Shown: positions 56,382 to 64,000 of the stretch, one piece after another
Numbering within the stretch: position 1 is the first letter of the stretch
How the letters are laid out: each line of letters starts with the position of its first letter
The notes under the pieces: generated by a model
The model's database searches: none
What the model was told of the DNA's origin: nothing
What the model saw: the letters and a program-made list of their open reading frames with translations, nothing else
DNA from: Thermomicrobiales bacterium
GTDB lineage: Bacteria; Chloroflexota; Chloroflexia; Thermomicrobiales; UBA6265
Length of the DNA: 64,000 bases
Assembly (NCBI GenBank): GCA_049841275.1
Contig: JASGDN010000047.1
Span: 95,057-159,056 of the forward strand
Direction of reading: 5' to 3'
Made by a program: the position numbers and the translations under genes

Positions 56382-59300
56382 CTACCGCCAGTGATGGCCG
56401 CGTGGCCGTTGACGGCGTGCGTTCGTCTGGCGTCCGACGGCAGCCGGCCGGGGCGCGGTGTTCCGCCGCCGGGTGTCGCTGATGCGTCGGGAAGCCAGCC
56501 GGGTGATTCCGTCACCCGGTGTGACGATCTGATCGGGCGTACGCCGGACCATGAAGGCGGTCAGGGCCGCGAGAACGGCCAGTGCTCCCAGGAGCGCCAC
56601 GAGCATCGTCGTCGGGTTGCTGGTCGACGGTGTGCCGGAACCGGTCACCGGGAGAGTGTCCGCAACCGGGGCCGCAGGGCTCTGTTGCCCGCCGCTGGCG
56701 CCGCTATCGTTGCCATTGCCCGGAGCCGTCGGGGGGACGGCCGGCGTTTCGGTTCCGCTCGGGGTTTCTGGAGTCGCAGTATTCGTCGGAACGGCGGTGG
56801 TCGTCGCGGTTGGAGCCTGGATCGCCATCAGTTCGACGGTGACGACGGTGACGCCATTCTCGATCAGATGATCGATGGATGTCACAGATGGCTGGTAGCC
56901 ATCGGCTGTGATCGACAAGGAGTACGTCCCGAGTTCGACTGGGTTGGCGATCGGAAGCTGGCTGCCGCTTGGCATGGCCGTAGCGAACGTCCCGCCCTGA
57001 CCGGGGGCGACCTGGGCGGCGAAGAACGCCTCCTGTCCGGTCATGGATCTGATCGGCGCAACCTGGGACAGGAGCCAGTTGGTGCCTACCGGGATGTCTG
57101 CGCCATCCGACGTGATGACGTACACGATCAGTGAAGTAGCCGGGACCGAGGTCGCGGTCGTCGTCGGGGATGGTTCGGACGTCGCCGTTGCGGTGGGCTG
57201 CGTCGGCTCGGTCGTGACGGTCATGGACGGGGTCGTGGTCGCGCTTGGCGTTTCCGTACCCGTTGGGACTGTGCTGGTGGCCGTCTCGGTGACGGTCGCA
57301 GATGGGGTCTCCGTGCCGACCGGCGTTTCCGAGCCGCCTGGAACGGTGGCCGTCGTGGTCGCGGAGACGGTTGCACGTGGCGTTTCCGTGCCCGTCGGGA
57401 CGGTCGAAGTGGCGGTCGTCGTTGGCACCTGGGCGGCACATCCGCCCGCAAACACCTGGGCGAGAACGTCGGCATCGATCGAGAGGCCGGATCCCAGGAC
57501 GGCGGCGATCAGGTCGGGCAGACTGCTGACCGTGACGTTTCCATTGGCGTCGATCAGGTTCGCGCCAAACAGCGCGACGCAGACATCGACATCAACCGTC
57601 GGCGTTCCGGTCGGCTCTGTCGTTGCGGTCGTGGTTGCGGTTGCCGAGCTGGTCGGTTCCGTGGTGACGGTCCCGGTCGGCTCAGTCGTCGTGGTGACGG
57701 TGATCGTCGGCGTTTCGGTTCCCGCCGGAAAGGTGGTCGTGGCGGTCGGGATCGCTGCCGCACATCCACCTGCGAAGACCTGGGCGAGGACATCGGCATC
57801 GATGTCGAGTCCGGAGCCAAGCACGGCTGCGATCAAGTCGGGCAGGCTGGAGACGGTCACATTGCCATCGAGGTCGAGGAGGCCGTTGCTGAAGAGGGCA
57901 ACGCAGACATCGACATCGACGGTCGGGGTGCTGGTTGGCTCGGAGGTGACGGTGGTTGTCGGCGTTTCGGTGCCGGACGGTGTTGTTGCCGTTGCCGTGA
58001 CGGTGGCGCCAGGGGTCTCCGTGCCGGATGGAACGGTCGTGGTCGCCGTCGGGGTTGCGGCGCATCCGCCGGAGAATACGAGGGCGAGGACATCGGCATC
58101 GATGGTTAGGCCGGCGTTCAGGACCGCCGTGACGAGCGCCGGCAGGCTGCCCAGCGTGACATTGCCGCTGGCATCGAGCAGGCCCGCACCGAACAGCGCG
58201 ACACACACATCGATGTCGACCGTCGGGGTGCCAGTCGGGGAGGTCGTTGCGGTGCTAGTCGGCTCCGTGGTGACCGTGCCCGTAGGCTCGACGGGGGTTG
58301 TGGCGGTCGTTCCGGGCGTTTCGGTGCCGGTCGGAACGGTGGTTGTTGCAGTGGGAACCTGGGCGGCGCATCCACCGCCGAGGACCTGGGCCAGAACATC
58401 GGCATCGATCGAAAGACCGGAGCCGAGCACGGCGGCAATCAGATCCGGAAGGCTCGCGACGGTGACGTTCCCGTTGGCGTCGATGAGATTCGCGCCAAGC
58501 AGGTCCGCGCAGACATCGATATCGACGGTTGGCGTCGTGGTCGATTCCGTCGTGCCCGTGGCGGCAGGTGTTTCCGTGCCGGTCGGTTCGGTCGTGGTGG
58601 TGACCGTCGCGCCGGGCGTCTCGGTGCCTGCGGGTGTCGTGGCGGTTGCCGTCGGGATCTGGGCCGCGCAGCCGCCGGAGAACACGAGGGCGAGCACGTC
58701 CGCGTCGATGGTGAGGCCAGAACCGAGTACCGCGGCAATCAGGTCCGGCAAACTGCTGGCGGTGACATTGCCATCGACATCCAGGAGATTGGCGCCGAGC
58801 AGCGCGGCGCACACATCGACGTCAACGGCTGGCGTGCTGGTGGTTTCCGTCGTGACCGTTGCACCCGGCGTTTCCGTTCCGGCGGGGACAGTCTCCGTCG
58901 TGGTGGCCGTGGCGCCTGGTGTTTCCGTCGTGGCCGGAACGGTCGTGGTGGGGGCTGGACCTTCTGCGGCGCATCCGCCACCGAAGACCTGGGCGAGCAC
59001 ATCCGCGTCGATCGTGAGACCCGAACCGAGCACTGCGGAGAGCAATGCCGGCAGGCTGCTCACGGTGACGTTGCCATTGGCGTCGAGCAAGCCTGCCCCG
59101 AACAGAGCAACGCAGACATCGACATCGACGTTCGACGGGTCTGGCGTTTCCGTGGTGGCCGGAACAGTCGGTTCGGTCGTCACGGTATTCGTCGGAGCGA
59201 CGGTTGCGGGAACGGTCGGTTCCACTGTCTCGGTGCCATTCGGCTCCGGGGTGACGGTCTCGGTCGGGACGACCGTTTCCGAGGGAGTCTCGGTGGCGGC

Positions 59301-60326
59301 TGCTTCGACGCAATCGTCGGCAGCGCCGAGGATCGCCACGTCCACGCAGGCATCGGCATCGACGTCGACCAGGCTGTCGTCGTCGTTGGCGCTGGCTTCG
59401 GTGGTCGGGATCGCACAGCCTTCGGTTGCGCCGAGGACTGCGACGCCCACACAGGCGTCCACGTCGGCATCGACCAGGCTGCCGTTCGTTTCGTCGTCCG
59501 TGGCTGTCTCGGTTGGCGCGGGAGCCTGATCTTCGTTTTCGTCCCCATTGCCACCGATCGCGACATTGATCAGTGCGTCCGCATCGACGTCGATGAGCGG
59601 GGCGTTTGCAAGCGGATCGGTCTCGACATTGGCGTCCACCGTGGTCTCGGCATCGACCGCCACGACGGGCGTTTCGACATCGCCAACGGTCACGTCCGCA
59701 TCGGCGTTCGCGTCCACATCGACGAGCGACGTGTCGTCCTGGCCGGTGTCGCCGACGGTGACATCGGTGGTCGTGGTGGCATCTGCCTCGACGAGCGAGC
59801 CGTCGCTCGAATCGCCTACGGTGACATCTGCCCCAGCGTCGATATCGGCGCCTACAAGCGGGGCATCGCTGCTGGGGTCATCGACGGTAACGCCGGTATC
59901 GACGGTGGCCTCGGCCTCCACGAGCGAGGTGTCCTCGTCCGTCTGGCTAACGGTGATGCCGACGTTCGCGTCGATCGTGGCTGCCACCACCGGCGCGTCA
60001 TCCTGGCTGGTGGTGGTGTCCAGGGTCTCCGGCACGTCCACCTGAACGGTGGGCGTTTCGGTGGCGGTGAGGTCGGCATCGGCATTCACATCGACCAGCG
60101 GCTCGTCGTTGGGGTTGCCGACGGAAACATCCACGTCGGCATCGACATCGAGGTCGATGAGGCCGTCATCGCCAATGAGCGGAACGTCCTGCGCGAGCAG
60201 GGACTGGGAGCGTGTTTGGTTCGGGAGTCCGCTCGCGGCGACGGTCGCCTGCAGCACGCCGGAAAGCGCGAAGAGAGCGATGAGAACGCCGACGAGGAGG
60301 ACACGAACCCGGGATGGACCGTGCAT
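56382..60326 (-). CDS. Giant LPXTG-anchored surface protein (1314 aa): signal peptide, Asp-rich repeats, six Cys-bracketed modules, PEGA/CarboxypepD_reg-like domain, sortase signal
   Basis: ATG 60326 follows AGGAAG. Signal 'VRVLLVGVLIALFALSGVLQATVAAS'. 'LPVTG' (56640-56654) is followed by a hydrophobic 'MLVALLGALAVLAALTAFM' and then 'VRR'. The repeats are listed separately. Confidence 0.85.
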   Translation of the reverse strand: MHGPSRVRVLLVGVLIALFALSGVLQATVAASGLPNQTRSQSLLAQDVPLIGDDGLIDLDVDADVDVSVGNPNDEPLVDVNADADLTATETPTVQVDVPETLDTTTSQDDAPVVAATIDANVGITVSQTDEDTSLVEAEATVDTGVTVDDPSSDAPLVGADIDAGADVTVGDSSDGSLVEADATTTTDVTVGDTGQDDTSLVDVDANADADVTVGDVETPVVAVDAETTVDANVETDPLANAPLIDVDADALINVAIGGNGDENEDQAPAPTETATDDETNGSLVDADVDACVGVAVLGATEGCAIPTTEASANDDDSLVDVDADACVDVAILGAADDCVEAAATETPSETVVPTETVTPEPNGTETVEPTVPATVAPTNTVTTEPTVPATTETPDPSNVDVDVCVALFGAGLLDANGNVTVSSLPALLSAVLGSGLTIDADVLAQVFGGGCAAEGPAPTTTVPATTETPGATATTTETVPAGTETPGATVTTETTSTPAVDVDVCAALLGANLLDVDGNVTASSLPDLIAAVLGSGLTIDADVLALVFSGGCAAQIPTATATTPAGTETPGATVTTTTEPTGTETPAATGTTESTTTPTVDIDVCADLLGANLIDANGNVTVASLPDLIAAVLGSGLSIDADVLAQVLGGGCAAQVPTATTTVPTGTETPGTTATTPVEPTGTVTTEPTSTATTSPTGTPTVDIDVCVALFGAGLLDASGNVTLGSLPALVTAVLNAGLTIDADVLALVFSGGCAATPTATTTVPSGTETPGATVTATATTPSGTETPTTTVTSEPTSTPTVDVDVCVALFSNGLLDLDGNVTVSSLPDLIAAVLGSGLDIDADVLAQVFAGGCAAAIPTATTTFPAGTETPTITVTTTTEPTGTVTTEPTSSATATTTATTEPTGTPTVDVDVCVALFGANLIDANGNVTVSSLPDLIAAVLGSGLSIDADVLAQVFAGGCAAQVPTTTATSTVPTGTETPRATVSATTTATVPGGSETPVGTETPSATVTETATSTVPTGTETPSATTTPSMTVTTEPTQPTATATSEPSPTTTATSVPATSLIVYVITSDGADIPVGTNWLLSQVAPIRSMTGQEAFFAAQVAPGQGGTFATAMPSGSQLPIANPVELGTYSLSITADGYQPSVTSIDHLIENGVTVVTVELMAIQAPTATTTAVPTNTATPETPSGTETPAVPPTAPGNGNDSGASGGQQSPAAPVADTLPVTGSGTPSTSNPTTMLVALLGALAVLAALTAFMVRRTPDQIVTPGDGITRLASRRISDTRRRNTAPRPAAVGRQTNARRQRPRGHHWR
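57438..59129 (-). repeat. Six coding repeats of a ~53-aa Cys...Cys module spaced by Thr/Pro/Glu/Gly linkers (period 300-324 bp)
   Basis: Modules at 58971-59129, 58668-58826, 58368-58526, 58062-58220, 57762-57920 and 57438-57596. Consensus: VD(V/I)DVCVALFGA(G/N)L(L/I)DANGNVTVSSLPDLIAAVLGSGL(T/S)IDADVLAQVF(A/G)GGCAA. Confidence 0.85.
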
Positions 60327-60461
60327 GGATGTCTTCCTGTTCTGGCTGGCGATGGGTGCCGGACAGGCCCTCAGAAGGGGCGTGCATGGGCACGAATCAC
60401 CGCGGGATGGACGTGCGTCGTCTGCCTGGACATCGTGACGATGCCCGTGGCGAAGGCGCAC

Positions 60462-62474
60462 TTATCCCGGGGGAACAGGAATCGATTGGGTGATGGATGG
60501 GGGAACCTGGAGGGGGTAGGCGATCCAGCCGAGGCCCGATTCGAGATCGAGGGCAAAGGGGATCGCGAGCGCTCCGCCCGGCAGGCCGGACGATCCGGCG
60601 CCGCTGGCAGAACCGGAGCCAGTGGAGGTTGATGTCGTCAGCACGGGCGCATTCTCGCCCTGTGCCAGCAGCGGTGATGGTCCGTGGAGCGGTCCGAAGG
60701 GATCGCCAGCCGAGACGAAAGTAGCCCGGCCCACGCTGCCGTGCGGATCGACAGGGGATTGGGCCGTGGTGGCCGGGGAGATGGATTCGCTGGCGCGCAT
60801 GGCACTGCTGGCGACCTGGACCTCGATCGTCTCGCGGACCTGCGTCAGGAGGTCATCCAGCGAGGTGGTCGGGGCTGTCAGGGTCGGGCCCTGAACGGGC
60901 GCATCGGTGTAGTCGATCGGTGTCTGCGCCGGCTTCTCGCCAGCCGGGTTCGCCGGTACCGCCGGCGTGCTGGTTGCGGCTGGAGACGGGGGCTTCGTCG
61001 CGGCCTGGGTTGGCACAGGCGTCTCGATCTGTTGCGTCGGGGCAGGCGTCTCGACTTCCCGCGTCGGAGCCGGTGTCTCGGTGGGGGCTGGCGTCTTGAC
61101 GGCTTGCGTGGGCGGTGTCACTACCGTGGTCGGATCGGATGGGTGGAGTACCTCGTCCACGACCGTTGCGACCGTCGTCTGCACGGGAGCAACGACCGTT
61201 TCCACGGCATCGTGTACCGGTGCGGCGACCGTTGCCACAGTGTCCGTCACGGGGGCGACAACCGTGCCGACCGTGTCGACGACTGGCGCCACGGTCGTCG
61301 GGACCGCATCGGTCACCGGTGCCACGATGGTCGCGACCGTCGTGGCTACCGGAGCGATCACATGCGTCGTTGCGGATTCGAGCGCGGGGGCGGCGATGTT
61401 GACCGCCGTTTCCACGACCGGAGCGGCGACGGAATCGACGATGCCGGAGACATTCGTGGTGATGGTAGTGACCGGGGCGATTACCGGGTCAACCGGCAGG
61501 AGACCTGCGTCGAGTGGTGCGGCGACGGTCGCCGCCACTGACGATGAGGTTTCCGCGGCGCCGTTGGTAACCGGGGCGACGGTATTGGTCACGGCAGAGG
61601 TGACGGGCTGCACGGCATTCGTCGTCGTTGCCGCCGCGCCGCCGACCACGGGATCGACTGGCCAGAGAACGGCTTCGACAAGGGTCGGGTCGTCCCCGTT
61701 GTCGAGGATGGACGTGATCTGGGGAATGAGGCCCGTGCCGTCGAAGTGGCTCCTGTCCGAGGGCGCAGACGATACATTTGGCGCTTCGGTTGCGGTATCA
61801 CCGGCGAGAACAGTCGAGACATCGGCCACGGTGTCGTCGAGGACCGGCGCTACTGGAGCAAGGACCGTCTCGACGGTCGTCGAGACCGGTTCGGCAACCG
61901 TGTCGGTCACCGGGGCGACTGGCTCGACTGCCGTATCCACGACGGTCGCAACCGGGGCTGCGGCTGCGTCGACGACGGTTGCCGCGGGCGCGATCACGGC
62001 GGTCTCGACCGGTTCCAGGGCGGTATCAACCACGGTGACGACCGGTTCGACTACCGTCTCCGCGACGGGGGCAACGACTTGATCGTTCACCGGATCGGTG
62101 ACGCTGTCGACTACCGTGGCGACCGGTTCCACAACCGTGTCAGCCACTGGCTCCACGACGGTGTCGGCAACCGGTTCGACGACGGTATCGACCACTGGCT
62201 CCGCGACAGGAGCAACGGGTTCCACCACCGGCTCGACGATGGGAGCGGCCGGCTCCAGCACATCATCGACGGTGTCGGTGATGGGATCGGTGATCGGGGC
62301 AAGCGGTTCGGCGACGGTCTCGACAATGCCGCCAATGATTCCGGAGCCAGTGTTGTCATCGGCAGGATCGGCGGACTGAGCCGCGACGGCCATCGCACGC
62401 ACTGGTGACAGGGTTGCGATCAGCCCCAGGATCACCAGGATCTTCGTGATGAAGATACGCGTCGAACGGCTCAT
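60462..62474 (-). CDS. Secreted repetitive protein (670 aa) with 8-residue Pro/Val periodicity, Thr/Pro linker and Gly/Ser-rich C-terminus
   Basis: ATG 62474 follows GGAGA. Signal 'ITKILVILGLIATLSPVRAMAVAAQS'. Long runs of 'VVEPVADT'-like octads. Ends 135 nt upstream of the LPXTG gene on the same strand. Confidence 0.75.
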   Translation of the reverse strand: MSRSTRIFITKILVILGLIATLSPVRAMAVAAQSADPADDNTGSGIIGGIVETVAEPLAPITDPITDTVDDVLEPAAPIVEPVVEPVAPVAEPVVDTVVEPVADTVVEPVADTVVEPVATVVDSVTDPVNDQVVAPVAETVVEPVVTVVDTALEPVETAVIAPAATVVDAAAAPVATVVDTAVEPVAPVTDTVAEPVSTTVETVLAPVAPVLDDTVADVSTVLAGDTATEAPNVSSAPSDRSHFDGTGLIPQITSILDNGDDPTLVEAVLWPVDPVVGGAAATTTNAVQPVTSAVTNTVAPVTNGAAETSSSVAATVAAPLDAGLLPVDPVIAPVTTITTNVSGIVDSVAAPVVETAVNIAAPALESATTHVIAPVATTVATIVAPVTDAVPTTVAPVVDTVGTVVAPVTDTVATVAAPVHDAVETVVAPVQTTVATVVDEVLHPSDPTTVVTPPTQAVKTPAPTETPAPTREVETPAPTQQIETPVPTQAATKPPSPAATSTPAVPANPAGEKPAQTPIDYTDAPVQGPTLTAPTTSLDDLLTQVRETIEVQVASSAMRASESISPATTAQSPVDPHGSVGRATFVSAGDPFGPLHGPSPLLAQGENAPVLTTSTSTGSGSASGAGSSGLPGGALAIPFALDLESGLGWIAYPLQVPPSITQSIPVPPG
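62113..62208 (-). repeat. Near-tandem 24-bp coding repeats (VVEPVADT octad) within the secreted protein gene
   Basis: Read directly: units of about 62113-62136, 62137-62160, 62161-62184 and 62185-62208. The same octad periodicity continues in degenerate form through ~60990-62330. Confidence 0.6.
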
Positions 62475-62673
62475 CCGTCTCGGTCTCCGTGCATCACAAG
62501 TGCGGTGGTGAGGGATCCCGAAGAAACTGGTTGGTCTTGCCCAAAGGAATCGCACGATGCCGAGGCAGGATCGCCGGCTTCTTCGCCGTACCGGATTTTC
62601 AGGGTGCGCACAATCGACGCAACAGACAGGGCCGAAGCGCGCGCAATTCCGGAACATGATCCCCAATACCAAT

Positions 62674-62702
62674 ACCCTACCGGATTGGGAAATCGAAGTC
62701 AA
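62674..62702 (-). promoter_or_regulatory. Promoter candidate for the surface-protein operon next to the AT-richest stretch I noticed
   Basis: On the minus strand: TTGACT (62702-62697), 17-nt spacer, TAGGGT (62679-62674). An AT-rich UP-like sequence lies at 62703-62745. It would give a ~200-nt leader. Confidence 0.3.
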
Positions 62703-62768
62703 TAGATATTATTCCTACAAAGGCAAAAATAGTCTGAAAGGGTGCTGCGTGGCGGATGGTTGCGGGGC

Positions 62769-63362
62769 TCATGGCGCTAGCGTGATGAATGGCGCCATCT
62801 CCTTGAACGCGAGGGTGCGGATTCCTGCGGCGACCGCGCGGATCCCCGCCGTGATGCGGGGGCGATCGCGCGCCAGGGCGGATGCGTCGAGTTCGTCCTC
62901 GTCGAGCAGGTCGACGGCGGCGGCCGTGATGACGAGATCGAGGTAGAGATCCTGCCAGGTCAGCTCAAGGCCATCCTGCGTGCGCTCCAGGAACGCAGGC
63001 CAGGTCACATTCGTATACCAGCCCTTGTGCGTGCCGTTCGGCGCGACTACCCCGAACGTGTCGAACGGGTGCTCCGGAGAGAACCGTTCATAGAGGGTAT
63101 CGCCGGGCGTGAACGTGAGTGTCCCTTGCGTCGTCTCCGGGAGGACCCACGTTGCGATCAGCGTGCGCCAGGGGCCGGGAGGATCGTCCACTGCCACGAC
63201 GGCTGGATAGCGTGTCGCCTCCGAGCCGTCGATCCGCCGCTTCACCACGGTCACCGCCGTGCCCGGCACGAGTTCGTGCCAGCATGCCAGGGTTTCCGGG
63301 TCGGATGCCCAGAGGACGGCGGGATCGTCGGCGGTGGGGAAGCGATGGAAGCGAGCGCACAT
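62769..63362 (-). CDS. DUF402 domain protein (Ntdp/FomD-like nucleoside di/triphosphatase family)
   Basis: 'WYTNVTWP......DLYLDLVI....VDLLDEDEL' is the characteristic DUF402 core. Confidence 0.7.
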   Translation of the reverse strand: MCARFHRFPTADDPAVLWASDPETLACWHELVPGTAVTVVKRRIDGSEATRYPAVVAVDDPPGPWRTLIATWVLPETTQGTLTFTPGDTLYERFSPEHPFDTFGVVAPNGTHKGWYTNVTWPAFLERTQDGLELTWQDLYLDLVITAAAVDLLDEDELDASALARDRPRITAGIRAVAAGIRTLAFKEMAPFITLAP

Positions 63363-63438
63363 GCAGCGACCTCCGGGAATGGGAAGGGGAGCATCGGCCT
63401 TCGGCTGACGCTCCCCTTCGGCGGTCTCGAACTGGCGA

Positions 63439-64000
63439 TTACTGGCGGATGAGGTTCAGGACTTCGGCCGTCTTCTCGTCCAGCAACGCGGTTTCGTCGG
63501 CCTCGACGTTCAGCCGGAGCAGCGGCTGCGTGTTGGAGCCGCGAAGGTTGAACCACCAGTCGTCGAACTCGACGGTGAGGCCATCGAGGTGGTCGATGGT
63601 CGCGCCCTGGGCGGCGAAGGTCGATTCGACGCGCTCGAGCACCGCTGGGATGTCCGTCACCTCGGAGTTGATCTCGCCGGAGCGGACACGGTTGTCGATC
63701 GGCTTCAGGATCTCGGAGAGGGAAAGGCCTTCCTCCGAGATGAGTTCGATCACGGTCAGCGCCGCGATGAGGCCGGAATCGGCGTACCAGTTGTCGCGGA
63801 AGTAGAAGTGGCCGGAGTGCTCACCGCCGAAGACGGCGTCGTTCTCGCGCATGATGGCCTTGATGAACGAATGGCCGACGCGCGAGCGGATGGGGGTGCC
63901 GCCGTGCTCGATCACGGTCTCCGGGACGCTGCGGGAGCAGATGAGGTTGTAGACGATGGCGGAGCCGGGATGCTTCTTCAGCATCTGGATGGAGACCATC
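63439..64000 (-). CDS. Phosphomannomutase/phosphoglucomutase (alpha-D-phosphohexomutase), C-terminal part; continues beyond window end
   Basis: 'GGEHSGHFYF' and the phosphate-binding loop 'LRGSNTQPLLRLNVEA' (cf. RxSGTEPxxR). The frame is open to the window edge. Confidence 0.85.
   Translation of the reverse strand, partial: MVSIQMLKKHPGSAIVYNLICSRSVPETVIEHGGTPIRSRVGHSFIKAIMRENDAVFGGEHSGHFYFRDNWYADSGLIAALTVIELISEEGLSLSEILKPIDNRVRSGEINSEVTDIPAVLERVESTFAAQGATIDHLDGLTVEFDDWWFNLRGSNTQPLLRLNVEADETALLDEKTAEVLNLIRQ

Noticed and set aside
57438-59129. Regular ~300-bp periodic repeats, checked as a possible CRISPR-like or satellite array
   Set aside because: The repeats are ~160 bp long and lie in one continuous open frame. 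They diverge mostly at synonymous or linker positions, so they are protein-coding modules. No short direct repeats with unique spacers occur anywhere in the window.
57043-62082. Long plus-strand ORFs (57043-59529, 828 aa; 60967-62082, 371 aa) opposite the surface-protein genes
   Set aside because: They are generated by the repetitive ACC/GTC/GCC codon content of the minus-strand genes. They lack starts with an SD, signal peptides or anchors, whereas the minus-strand frames have a signal peptide, an LPXTG motif and conserved modules.
1-64000. Search for mobile elements, prophage genes, toxin-antitoxin or known defence systems, tRNA/rRNA
   Set aside because: I recognised no transposase, integrase, recombinase, phage structural, restriction-modification, Cas or TA-like proteins in any frame. 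There are no terminal inverted repeats bracketing a segment, and no tRNA-like T-arm (GGTTCGAATCC-type) strings.

Overview
Visibly GC-rich (about two-thirds G+C by eye, not computed), gene-dense bacterial chromosomal window with about 50 CDS. I found no rRNA, tRNA, CRISPR array, transposase or integrase. Most of it is core metabolism and envelope biogenesis. In order: tail of a sugar ABC transporter plus a DHDPS-like lyase; coxG/coxS/coxM-like genes with no large subunit; a cell-wall block (class A PBP, Lrp regulator, gatD-murT-mreC-mreB, beta-lactamase-like hydrolase); a siderophore/B12-type ABC importer whose binding-protein gene is broken; an enolase-superfamily dehydratase, GGT, homoserine dehydrogenase, a radical SAM gene behind an SOS-box promoter, purK-purE, larC; CIRCE-hrcA-grpE-dnaK; TetR plus a DrrAB-like exporter; glutathione peroxidase, pta-ackA, and acyl-CoA carboxylase beta and epsilon. 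The combination of hrcA/CIRCE, MurT/GatD, LPXTG and AccE suggests a monoderm, Chloroflexota (Thermomicrobia)-like lineage; this is inference only. Most unusual items: (1) 42969-44453, an ECF sigma factor fused in-frame to a catalytically dead F1-ATPase beta-like domain where an anti-sigma partner would normally sit, followed by an orphan Tat-exported binding protein, with each gene closed by a copy of the same hairpin; (2) 62474-56382 (minus strand), a two-gene surface-protein operon: a 670-aa secreted protein with 8-residue Pro/Val periodicity, then a 1314-aa LPXTG protein with six ~53-aa Cys-bracketed modules of unknown family; (3) two genes whose conserved N-termini can only be reached from a CTG overlapping the upstream stop (CTGA); (4) a promoter with an embedded GAAC-N4-GTTC palindrome and an apparently leaderless radical SAM gene. 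All calls come from reading the ORF translations and the DNA by eye. No database search was run.
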